Source: an uncultured Planctomycetaceae bacterium (GTDB lineage Bacteria; Planctomycetota; Planctomycetia; Planctomycetales; Planctomycetaceae). From it: a stretch of 64,000 nucleotides of DNA. The notes beneath the pieces are model-generated. The model was not told where the DNA came from, ran no database searches, and saw nothing but the letters and a program-made list of their open reading frames with translations. The stretch's first letter is position 1. Each line of letters opens with the position of its first letter. Both the position numbers and the translations under genes were made by a program. Below are positions 28,083 through 37,414 of the stretch, one piece after another. The stretch covers positions 224,001 to 288,000 of the forward strand of contig CAWFGE010000017.1 of the NCBI GenBank assembly GCA_963815195.1, read 5' to 3'.

Positions 28083-29864
28083 TTACGCGAGCGGCAAACG
28101 CACTGTAAACGTCGTGCCTTTTCCGACCTGGCTGGACACGCTGACCTGGCCCGAAAACACCTGTGTGAGGTGCTTGACGATCGACAGCCCGAGCCCCGTG
28201 CCGCCGAGCTCGCGGGAGCGGGCTTTGTCCACGCGGTAGAACCGCTCGAAGATTCGCTCCTGGTGCTCGCGGGGAATGCCCACGCCCGTGTCTTCCACGG
28301 CGATCACGGCCGTGCCCTGTTCCGCATGCCAGCGGACCGAAACCCGCCCGCCCGCCGGCGTGTATTTGATCGCGTTGTCGATCAGGTTGTTGATGATGAA
28401 CTGAAACCCCTCCGCTTCCGCCTCGATTTCCAATTCCCCCGCCGGGGGCTCGGTGGTGAGGGTGACGGGCTTGGCCTCCGCGACCGTGCGGTATTCCTCG
28501 ATGCAGCCGGCAATCAGCCGATTGATCTTAAGCGGAGCCACGTCGTAAACCACCTGCCCGCTTTCGATTTGGGCCAGCCGGAGCAGATCGAGAATCAGCG
28601 TATGCAGTCGCTCGCTTTGCTCGTAGATCCGCTCCAAAAATCGGCGGGCGTTCTGTTCATCGTCGATCGCCCCATCGAGGAGGGTTTCGGTGAAGGTCTG
28701 GATCGCCGTCAGCGGCGTTTTGAGTTCGTGGGAGACATTGGAGACGAACTCGTGCCGGAGGTTCTCCAGGCGGCGGAGTTCGGTGACATCGTGCGTCACC
28801 AGAACAACGCCGGGGCTGGGATTTCCGGGCAATCGCGTGGCGAGCATGGCCATCACCGCCTGGCTCCGCGGGACCTCGAACTCGACCGCGTGCTTCTGCC
28901 GGCCGGAAAGCGTTTCCCGCACGACTTCTTGCACGGTCTTGTTGCGGATGGCTTCCCAGATCGGCCGGCCGATGACCTCATCGGCGGAAATATCCAACAG
29001 CGGCCGGGCCGCGCGGTTGGCGAACAGGATCCGCTCGGAGGGATCGACCGCGATCACGCCCTCGATCATGCCCGCGAGCACCGTGCCCAGGCGATTCCCG
29101 TTTTCCTGGAGTTCTTTCGTCTTGCCCTGGAGTTCCTTGATGCGTTCGGTGAGCTGCAAACTCATCGAATGGAAGGCCCGGGCGAGCGTGCCGACTTCGT
29201 CCCGGCCGGAGATTTCCACTTTTTGGAGGGCCTCGCCGCGGGCCATGCCCTGGGCGGCTTTGGTCAACGTGAGCAGCGGTTTGACGATTTGGGCGACGAT
29301 CAAATACGTGAGCAGCACGGCGATCAAACTCACCAAAGCCGCCGCCCCGAAGATCCGCGTTTGCAGCACGGCCAACTCGGCGTCCAGAGTTTTCAGATCC
29401 GCCGCGACCCGCGCGAAACCCAGGAGGTCTCCGCCGGCCTTCACGGGGACCGCCACGAACACCATCGAAGCGTCCGCAGCCGGGTCCGCGCGCTTCGCGA
29501 TGCCGGCCGCGTTTTTCCCGGCCGCGAGAATCTCCGGTTGGCGGGCGAGGTTTTCCTGGTCGTCCGGGTCATAAGCCGAGTCTCCGACAACCGTTCCGTC
29601 GCGGCGGATGACGCTGATTCTCGTCCCCGTGTCCGAGGCCCAGCGCTTGATCCGCTTTTGGAGAGCCGGGGAGGATTCTTCGGGAAAATTGTCGGCCAGC
29701 GCGTCCCCTAAAACGATGGCGAGATCAGACAGCCGCCGCTGGTTTTGATTTTCCACAAGCAAACGCTGGCGGTGCGAAACCACGGCGACAAACCCCGCCG
29801 CGGTGAGCAGCGTGAGCAGCGTGTAGGTGAGGAACAATTTCCAAAACAGCCGCGAGGCGAGCAT
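28083..29864 (-). CDS. membrane sensor histidine kinase, PhoR-like (TM-periplasmic-TM-HAMP-PAS-HisKA-HATPase)
   Basis: DEVGTLARAF (HAMP), MIEGVIAVD (PAS), FVSNVSHELKTPLT, IFERFYRVDKARSRELGGTGLGLSIVKH. Confidence 0.92.
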   Translation of the reverse strand: MLASRLFWKLFLTYTLLTLLTAAGFVAVVSHRQRLLVENQNQRRLSDLAIVLGDALADNFPEESSPALQKRIKRWASDTGTRISVIRRDGTVVGDSAYDPDDQENLARQPEILAAGKNAAGIAKRADPAADASMVFVAVPVKAGGDLLGFARVAADLKTLDAELAVLQTRIFGAAALVSLIAVLLTYLIVAQIVKPLLTLTKAAQGMARGEALQKVEISGRDEVGTLARAFHSMSLQLTERIKELQGKTKELQENGNRLGTVLAGMIEGVIAVDPSERILFANRAARPLLDISADEVIGRPIWEAIRNKTVQEVVRETLSGRQKHAVEFEVPRSQAVMAMLATRLPGNPSPGVVLVTHDVTELRRLENLRHEFVSNVSHELKTPLTAIQTFTETLLDGAIDDEQNARRFLERIYEQSERLHTLILDLLRLAQIESGQVVYDVAPLKINRLIAGCIEEYRTVAEAKPVTLTTEPPAGELEIEAEAEGFQFIINNLIDNAIKYTPAGGRVSVRWHAEQGTAVIAVEDTGVGIPREHQERIFERFYRVDKARSRELGGTGLGLSIVKHLTQVFSGQVSVSSQVGKGTTFTVRLPLA

Positions 29865-30130
29865 CGACGCCCCCAAGAATCGCTGCGTGAAAAACCGCAA
29901 ATTATTGCATCCTCCATCGTAAAAAGAAAAGAGGCGCAACGATCCGCACAATCCCGCCCACTGTATTATGATGAGGCTCCGCCCGTCAAAGGGGACCGTT
30001 GGACCGGCTGTTCACGAAGAATTCGGGGAAATCGGCGTGGGCTTTCTTTTGAGGCAGGAAAAATATCCCGTTCCCATGATTTTCCGCCGCCGGGGAATCG
30101 TTATAATCAAACTAATCGGAGACCTTGGTC

Positions 30131-30448
30131 ATGAATCGTATCATCGCCGAGCGGGACACGGGTGGTCTGTGGACTGCATGGTTTGACGAACTGCCCGACG
30201 AGATCCAAGTCGGGCGTTCCCAGGAAGAAGCGGTTCGCCGGCTGTTGTACCGCACGCGGGACCGGCGTATCCCCGCGAAGGACATTTGGATCGATCCCTC
30301 CGCCTGCCGCGACGGGCATCTGGAATTTGTCGTCGTCACCGAGGAAAAGCAAAACCCCTGCCCCGATTGCAACGGCAGCGGCCAATACATCGGCCTCACC
30401 GTCATCGAGCCCTGCCAAACCTGCCACGGCAGCGGCTTGCTCTCGTAG
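30131..30448 (+). CDS. small protein with a DnaJ-type zinc finger
   Basis: CPDCNGSG...CQTCHGSG at the C-terminus. Confidence 0.65.
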   Translation: MNRIIAERDTGGLWTAWFDELPDEIQVGRSQEEAVRRLLYRTRDRRIPAKDIWIDPSACRDGHLEFVVVTEEKQNPCPDCNGSGQYIGLTVIEPCQTCHGSGLLS

Positions 30449-30542
30449 CCCTGCGTTCGCCGGTTCCCCCAAAATTCCGGGACCCGATTGAAGTTTCCGC
30501 GCGGAGTCGCCATAACATCCCCGGAGAACGTGTTCGACAATC

Positions 30543-30622
30543 TGAGCGGCAGGCGCTAGCCTCCATTTTTGGTGAAGCGCTGCTCCCAAAATCAAGACCG
30601 GCGGCTAGCGCCGTTCCGCTCA
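30543..30622. repeat. REP doublet, family C
   Basis: TGAGCGGCAGGCGCTAGCCTCC ... ACCGGCGGCTAGCGCCGTTCCGCTCA. Confidence 0.7.
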
Positions 30623-30659
30623 CATCAAGAAATGTTTTGAAGATCGGCAAAGAGTCGCC

Positions 30660-31558
30660 ATGTCGCGCGGGGAGTTAATCGAGGAACTTCGCTGGAAAAA
30701 GTTCCCGGTCTTAAACGATGGGTTTGTGTGTCTCGTCGATGTGATGGGCGACGATGCCTCCGTGGTCCAGGCGGCCCGCGTGAGTTACGGAGCCGGCACC
30801 CAAAAGGTTTCCGACGACCGCACCCTCATCCGCTATCTCATGCGGCACCGGCATTCGACGCCGTTCGAGATGGCCGAGATCAAATTCCTCGTGCGGGTGC
30901 CGATGGACTGCTGGCGGCAGTGGATCCGGCACCGCACGGCTTCGGTCAACGAATACAGCACGCGCTATTCCCTCGCCATCGATGCCGCTCAGACCACGCT
31001 CCCGGGCGAATGGCGGACGCAGGCGACCAGCAATCGCCAAGGCAGCGATGCGCCGCTTGCCGAAGACTCGGGCCGGGCCTTCACCGAATCCGAACGCGAA
31101 CTGCAAGACCACGCCCGGAAAGTCTATCAGGAGCGGATCGACGCCGGCATCGCCCGCGAGCAGGCCCGCAAAGATTTGCCGCTTTCGACTTACACCGAGG
31201 CGTATTGGAAGATCGATCTGCATAACCTGCTGCATTTTTTGAGCCTGCGGATGGATGCCCACGCGCAGCAAGAAATCCGCGATTACTCGACCACCATCGG
31301 CCGTGAAATCGTCCAGCCGTTGTTCCCGTTGGTGTGGGAGGCGTTTGAAGATTACCGTCTGGGCGGGCTGTTTTTGACCCGCTTGGATCAGGAAGTCATC
31401 ACCCGCCTGACGGCCGCCGGCAGCCGGCAAGGGCTCGCCCGCCTTTTGACGAAAGCCTGTTTCTGGAGTCGCAGGACGAGACTTGGAAGTCTCTCAAGAG
31501 ATGCCGCGAACGCGACGAATGCCAGGCCAAACTCCGGCAATTGGGAATTCTGAAATAA
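30660..31558 (+). CDS. thyX: FAD-dependent thymidylate synthase; 3' frameshift
   Basis: AARVSY, HSTPFEM, RQWIRHRTASVNEYSTRY, EQARKDLP, HAQQEIR; adding one C near 31440 gives ...RERDECQAKLRQLGILK and stop at 31556-58. Confidence 0.93.
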
Positions 31559-31582
31559 GAAAGCCGGAATGAGCGCGGTCCG

Positions 31583-33294
31583 CTACTGCGGCAGTTCTTT
31601 GCCCTTGGTTTCCGGGGCGAAGATCAGGACCACCACGCCGACGAGAAACAACAGGCTGAGGATCGAAACGGTATCCTCCAAGGGCAGATCCAAGGCAAAT
31701 CCGTTTGTGGCTTTTTCCCACCAGTTGGGGTTAAGCTTGGGTTTTTCTTGCATTTTGCCGCTGATGACCAAAATTGGAGCGGCAAGAATCCGGCCGAAGT
31801 TGAAGCAGAACCCCGCCCCCGTGGCGCGCAATCGCGTGGGATAGAGTTCCGGGAAATAGATCGCATAGCCCGCGTGCATGCCCAGCGTGAGAAATCCAAA
31901 AATCGGCAGCACCGCCACGAGCACCCCGACACCTTGGCAAAGTTGAAAGCACGCCAACGAAATTGCCAGGCCCCCCAAATGGAAGAACAAAAAAGCCCCG
32001 CGCCGGCCGATGCGTTCGCATAAGGGGCCGAAGAACAACAATCCCAGCCCGCCGCCGGTCGTCACCAGAAACATGCCCAAGAGTTCCCAGCGCTTGATCG
32101 CCGCCGAGTGCAGGGAGAGCACATCGAGCACGGCGTCCTTCCGGTCTTTAAAGAAGTCTTTGAGGAAGTCCGAGTTTTGCCGCAGCCCGCCCCAGTTTCG
32201 CAGCAGGTCCAACAGTTGACGCCAATCGCTCTCGGAAAGCGATGAAGGTCCTCCCTCCGATTTTTGGAAAAAGTTTTGCAGATTTTCCAAATGGGAATCG
32301 GCCTTCAAGCGCTGCTCGCCGGCTGTCTTATTGGGAACCGCGGCGGTTTTCAGTTCCTCTCGAAATTGCGCGATATGCTCGGCGGTTAGGCTCCATTGGG
32401 ACTCCGTGAGCACTTCGCGGATGTCCCGAAGCTCGATGTCCCGCCGCAACAGATCTTTGCCGAAAATGTGCGCGCCCCAGAAGGTCGCCAAACCGACGGA
32501 GGCGAGCGTCACGCCCACCAGCGTCGGCACGAGGTAATCGCCTTGGAACAAATGGGCGATCCGGCCCATTTCTTCCGCGGGGGCTTCTTTGCGCGGGACT
32601 TGGCGTTCAGCCAGCTTTCAGGTTCCTTGAGGCTCCGGCGGATCCAAATAATCAACAGTGCCGGCAACACGCCCATGCCGAAGCCGATCCGCCACGGGGC
32701 GCTTGGGTAGCCGATCTGTTTGGCCCATTCGTGAATTTGCTCGTTGCCGATGAACAACAAGCCCGTGGCGATGGCGAGATAGGTCCCCAACACGCTTGAC
32801 GCATGAAAGATCCCCGAAACCCGCGCGCGGGCTTTCTTTGGGAATTCCTCGGCGACCATGCTGCTGGCGACGGCCCATTCGCCGCCCACGCCCATCGCCA
32901 CCAGGAAGCGGAAGATGACCATATGCCACCACGACATCGAAAACGCCGAGACGCAGGTAAACAGCGAATACATGATGATCGTCAGCGACATCGTTTTTTT
33001 GCGGCCGATGCGATCGCTGAGCATCCCAAACAACACGCCCCCGATCGCCCCGCCCAATAAAAACGCCGCCAAGGTGACCTGGTTGTAATAGGCGATCGTG
33101 CCCTTGTCGGTGCCGGCGGGAACGAGCGAAGGCATGGCTTCGTTCATGCTGGCGACGAAGATCTGGCCTTCGAAAATATCGAACACCCACCCCAACGACG
33201 CGATCACCAGCACCAGCCATTGATAGCGCGTGATCCCTGCGTACCAGGGGCCTTCGGTTTGGGACGAGAGATCGTCGATCGGTTGTCCGCTCAC
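31583..33294 (-). CDS. MFS transporter with a large soluble loop insertion; one frameshift
   Basis: Motif A GMLSDRIGRKK and GPLCERIGRR, GVGGEW, ELYPTRLRATG, PETKG; ORFs 32509-33342 and 31583-32569 join in the T-run near 32589. Confidence 0.88.
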
Positions 33295-33402
33295 GGGAAC
33301 CTCGGCAAAACTTGGCTTGATCGAAAGACTTGGAATCCCCACACTCTAACGAGGAAGCAAACCCGTTCCCACCCAAAACCCCTCAGACAGGATCCGCTTC
33401 CC

Positions 33403-34083
33403 ATGACGCCCGACATGCTGGCCGCGGATTGGCGCAAGGTGCTCGCCGGCGAGTTCGAAAAGCCTTACTTTCCCAAGCTCCAGGAATTCGTGAACCGCGA
33501 GCGGGCCGAGAAAACGATCTATCCGCTCGAAGACGATGTGTTCAACGCCTTCCGCTTGACGCCCTATAAAGAAGTGCGGGTGCTCTTGTTGGGGCAGGAT
33601 CCCTATCACGGGAAAGGCCAGGCGCAGGGGCTCGCCTTTTCGGTGCGGCCGGGCGTCCGCCAGCCGCCTTCGCTCAAAAACATGTTCAAGGAACTCCAAG
33701 ACGACGTCGGCTGCGAAATCCCCAACACCGGGAGCCTCATCCCCTGGGCGAAACAGGGCCTGATGCTGTTGAATGCCGTCCTCACCGTACGGGCGGGCGA
33801 AGCGAACTCGCACAAAAACAAAGGCTGGGAGAAATTCACCGATGCCGTGATCGAAAAAGTCAACGAGAAAGACGGGCACGTGGTGTTCGTGCTCTGGGGC
33901 GGCTACGCCCGCAAGAAGACCACGCTCATCGATCAATCAAAGCACACGATCATCGAGTCGGCCCACCCGTCGCCATTGTCCGCCAACGCCGGCTTCTTTG
34001 GGAGCAAACCGTTTTCGAAAATCAACAAAGCCCTCAAGTCGCACGGCGAGCCGGAGATCGACTGGCAGATTTCGTCGGAATGA
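33403..34083 (+). CDS. ung: uracil-DNA glycosylase (family 1)
   Basis: GQDPYH, GLAFSV, PPSLKN, LLNAVLTV, AHPSPLS. Confidence 0.96.
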   Translation: MTPDMLAADWRKVLAGEFEKPYFPKLQEFVNRERAEKTIYPLEDDVFNAFRLTPYKEVRVLLLGQDPYHGKGQAQGLAFSVRPGVRQPPSLKNMFKELQDDVGCEIPNTGSLIPWAKQGLMLLNAVLTVRAGEANSHKNKGWEKFTDAVIEKVNEKDGHVVFVLWGGYARKKTTLIDQSKHTIIESAHPSPLSANAGFFGSKPFSKINKALKSHGEPEIDWQISSE

Positions 34084-34185
34084 CCAAACATTTCTGCGAT
34101 TTCGTGCGCAACGGTTGGGATTGGTTTGATAAAACATAAGGAGAGGTTTTCGAAAAATTTCCCCATGACACATTGGAGGTGCCGC

Positions 34186-34803
34186 GTGTCTCCCGTTTTG
34201 CTGCTTTCCGCCGTATTGGTTGCTCCGCCAATGGAAACCGCTGCCACAGTTCCGATGGACACGAAGGCTGCCGTCGTGGATCGTTCGAAAAAATCTTCGC
34301 CGCGGAAGTTGGAGGACGTTCAGAAAGCGTACTTGAAGGCGATGCAGAGTTCCGCCCGCCGAGCCAAGCCCAAGCCTCCGAAGGTTGTGCCCGCGTTGGT
34401 GGAGGTTTACGGGGATTTGGAGGGTGTCGAAGGCCTTTCGCATGCCGAGCGGTCGCGGATGCGGGGCGTGGTCAAAGCCCGCCTGGAGGAGCTTCGCGAT
34501 AAGCTCATCCGCGAATTGTTGCGGAATAAAAAACTCGCCGACCGCAGAAAACGCCGCGGTCCGCGAGAGCCGAATGCAAAGCCGGTGGACGAAAAAGCCG
34601 AGATGCTCGCTGGCGGCGGAGCCAGCGCCCAGGCGATCCAGTTGATCGATCTGATCCAGAACACGATCGAGCCAGACTCCTGGCAAGTCAACGGCGGGAA
34701 GGGGTCAATCTATTATTTCGATCAACTCAAGGTCCTGGTCATCCGCCAAACCGGCGAGGTCCACCACCAAATCGGCGGCGTCCTCGGCCAACTCCGCAAG
34801 TGA
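34186..34803 (+). CDS. exported hypothetical protein with a C-terminal secretin-N-like domain
   Basis: GTG after GGAGG; signal peptide; LIDLIQNTIEPDSW...GSIYYF...LVIRQT.EVH.QI..VL.QLR. Confidence 0.65.
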   Translation: MSPVLLLSAVLVAPPMETAATVPMDTKAAVVDRSKKSSPRKLEDVQKAYLKAMQSSARRAKPKPPKVVPALVEVYGDLEGVEGLSHAERSRMRGVVKARLEELRDKLIRELLRNKKLADRRKRRGPREPNAKPVDEKAEMLAGGGASAQAIQLIDLIQNTIEPDSWQVNGGKGSIYYFDQLKVLVIRQTGEVHHQIGGVLGQLRK

Positions 34804-34864
34804 GGAAATCAGGAGCAAAGGCCACAAAGGGGAGTTTCGGTCTCCCAATCTCCCCTTCTGCCTT

Positions 34865-35416
34865 CTACCAGCCCATATACAGCGGCCAGCCATAGCCCGC
34901 GTACCAGCCCACGGCGGGGTAGGCGGGATAATAGGTGTAGTAGCCGGCGGTGGCGTAGGTCGAGTAGGGCACGTAGCCGTACGAATAGCCCAGCGGATAG
35001 TAGGGGCTCGCGTAGTATCCGTAATAGTAGGGGTAATATCCATACACGGGATAGGCGACGGGGGAGATGGGGGTGTAGCTGTAGGCGGGATAAACATAGC
35101 CGGGATAGTAGGCATAATACGGATAGAAGTAATTCGCCCCGTAGTTGGCCACGGCGGGAACATAGCCGGGAACGACGACGGCGGGTGCGGCGGCTTGTTT
35201 GGCGTCCTTCCCTTTTTCGCCCGCGTTGTCTTGGGCGGTGCCTTGGTCGGATTTCGGTTGCTCGGCGCCGGGAAAATCCACGACCGGAGGCGAAGTTGGC
35301 TTTTGGGCTTCGGGTGCCGCCTGTTCCTTGGGGGGTTGCGGGGCGGCGTCTTGAGCCGACACGGGAATGCTCATCAACGACAGCATGGCCGACATCGCTA
35401 GGGCGCGAATCATCAC
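34865..35416 (-). CDS. secreted tyrosine-rich low-complexity protein
   Basis: AAGGA RBS; signal peptide (VSA-QD); Pro/Ala/Gln linker; Tyr-rich C-terminal half. Confidence 0.75.
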   Translation of the reverse strand: MMIRALAMSAMLSLMSIPVSAQDAAPQPPKEQAAPEAQKPTSPPVVDFPGAEQPKSDQGTAQDNAGEKGKDAKQAAAPAVVVPGYVPAVANYGANYFYPYYAYYPGYVYPAYSYTPISPVAYPVYGYYPYYYGYYASPYYPLGYSYGYVPYSTYATAGYYTYYPAYPAVGWYAGYGWPLYMGW

Positions 35417-35569
35417 TCGTTTCCTTTGTCAATCACCAGAGACCAAATCGCATCCGCTCCGTCACGTTACGAGAACTCCGTAGCTTCTCTATTTTATCTT
35501 ACCCGCAGAATTGCCGAACACAATATGGATATTGGTTCTCGGCGGCTGAAACTGCGGCGAGGGAGGTTG

Positions 35570-37396
35570 TCAGGGCTTCACCTCGACCGGGCCGGCTTTG
35601 AGGTGTTGGAGGTGGTTGGGAAAATCCTCGCCGATGAAGGCGGCGAATTCGACTTTTCCGCCGGGCACGTCGGCCGGGACTTTGAATTTCGCGGTCGCGG
35701 TGCCGTCGCCTTTGGCTGTGAGGACTTCTCGCGAAATGCGTTTGCCGTTGCCGTCTTTGAGGGTCACGTGAATCCGTTCTTCGCCGAGCCGCTTGGGAAT
35801 GGTATGGGGCACGCGGACCTCGATCGTCTCCCCCGCCGCGATGGTTTTGGGAATCTCCAACTGGATCAGGTTCGCATTCCGGCGGGTGCGCTCTTGGGGA
35901 GATCGGCGGGCTTTCGCTTTCTTCCGCTCGGCCGCCTCCTGTTCGACTTTCGTCATGTAAGCTGCCACCGCTTTCGGGTCGCCTCGATGCCGGAAGCATT
36001 CGAGCATCGGGTCGCCGGTCCGCTCCATCCACGCCAGGAGTTCCTTCCGCAGTTTGTCGACTTCCTCCCGATAGGCGGGGTCATCGATTAAGTTATGGCG
36101 GGCGTCGGGGTCTTTTTCGTAGTCGTAGAATTCTTCGGGAACGCGGTGGTCGAAGAGTTCCAGCCGGGCGGCCATCTTCTCATCGGTCTGGGCGAGCTGT
36201 TTCATCTTGCGATAAGTCAGCGTGCCCTGGGTGGCGGTGCGGAACACCCGCTGGCCGTCGGACCAGGGATTGAAAATGTAGCCGAGCTTCTTCGTCTCCA
36301 CGCTCCGCATCGGATGCCGATTTCCGCCGGCGTTCTCGTTGTACTCCTTAAAGACCAGCTCCCGCCCGGCCTGGTCGCCGCCTTGGAGGAGCGGATAAAA
36401 CGAGCGGCCGTCGAGGTTTTGCGGATGATCCGCTCCGACGACGTCGAGCAGCGTCGGCAGAAAATCCACCGCGGAGACCATGTGCTCGTTGTCGATCGTT
36501 CCCCTCTTCACCATGCCGGGCCAGCGGATGATCAGCGGCGTCCGCGTGCTGTGGTGATAGACCTGCGTCTTCGCGAACGGCAACGGCATGCCGTGGTCCG
36601 ATAAAAACAGCACCAACGTGTTCGCCGCCTGCCCGGATTCCACCAACGCATCGAGCACCTGGCCCACGCAGTCGTCGGCCCGGCGGACGGTGCTGTAATA
36701 ATGGGCCAACTCCTTTCTCACGTCCGGATCGTCGAACAGAAAGCCCGGAATCGGAACTTCCTCGGCCGTAAACACCCGGCTGGGCTGATACGGATCCTCG
36801 ATGACGTCGCCTTTCTTGCTCATCGCGTAAAACGGCTTGTGCGGGTCCGAAACGTTGATCAGCAAGCAGAACGGCTTATCGGCTTCCCGGCCGGCGGCGA
36901 TGCCCCGTTTTGCGGAGCGGTAATAGGATTTCACGTCCTTGGCGTCCTGTCGTTCGCCGTCGATCGTGTCCAGGACGAGATCCCAGGCGTACGGCTGGTA
37001 AGGCGTCGAATGCGAGACCTTGCCGCGGATCGCGGTAAAGTAGCCCTGCTGTTTCATCAAGTCGGCGAGCACCGGATAGCCGGCGTCCTTCACCTGATAA
37101 AACCCCTCCACGCGGTTGTTGTGCGGAAACCGGCCGGACCACATCACGTTCCGTGAAGGCATGCAGTTGCCCACGACGACATGGGCGTATTCAAACCGCA
37201 GCCCCTCCGCGGCGAGGCGGTCGATCCGCGGCGTCGTATCCGCAAGCCGGCAGCCAAACGCGCCCACCGAATCGCAATTCATGTCGTCCACGGTGATCAG
37301 CAGAATGTTCGGCCGCGGACGGGCGTCGTCCGCCAACCCGGCGGGCGAGCAACACAGCACAAACAGAATCGGCAGGATTCGTAACAGAGCATTCAT
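35570..37396 (-). CDS. sulfatase (formylglycine-dependent) with C-terminal beta-sandwich extension
   Basis: PNILLITVDD, CMPSR signature, DPHKPF, FLSDHGMP, VSAVDFLPT, LDGRSF. Confidence 0.92.
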   Translation of the reverse strand: MNALLRILPILFVLCCSPAGLADDARPRPNILLITVDDMNCDSVGAFGCRLADTTPRIDRLAAEGLRFEYAHVVVGNCMPSRNVMWSGRFPHNNRVEGFYQVKDAGYPVLADLMKQQGYFTAIRGKVSHSTPYQPYAWDLVLDTIDGERQDAKDVKSYYRSAKRGIAAGREADKPFCLLINVSDPHKPFYAMSKKGDVIEDPYQPSRVFTAEEVPIPGFLFDDPDVRKELAHYYSTVRRADDCVGQVLDALVESGQAANTLVLFLSDHGMPLPFAKTQVYHHSTRTPLIIRWPGMVKRGTIDNEHMVSAVDFLPTLLDVVGADHPQNLDGRSFYPLLQGGDQAGRELVFKEYNENAGGNRHPMRSVETKKLGYIFNPWSDGQRVFRTATQGTLTYRKMKQLAQTDEKMAARLELFDHRVPEEFYDYEKDPDARHNLIDDPAYREEVDKLRKELLAWMERTGDPMLECFRHRGDPKAVAAYMTKVEQEAAERKKAKARRSPQERTRRNANLIQLEIPKTIAAGETIEVRVPHTIPKRLGEERIHVTLKDGNGKRISREVLTAKGDGTATAKFKVPADVPGGKVEFAAFIGEDFPNHLQHLKAGPVEVKP

Positions 37397-37414
37397 CGCG
37401 CAAATTCTCCGGGG

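Noticed and set aside
27708..29711. 667-aa plus-strand ORF and similar long antisense ORFs (e.g. 38862-40364, 10613-12043, 21249-22715)
   Set aside because: Shadow frames of well-supported genes in GC-rich DNA, with no recognisable motifs; the TSSAYFVRGSPDRG repeats are translated REP DNA.
30660..34083. thyX and ung as a phage-like or uracil-DNA module
   Set aside because: Both look like ordinary cellular genes, are separated by an opposite-strand MFS gene, and have no phage or integrase context.
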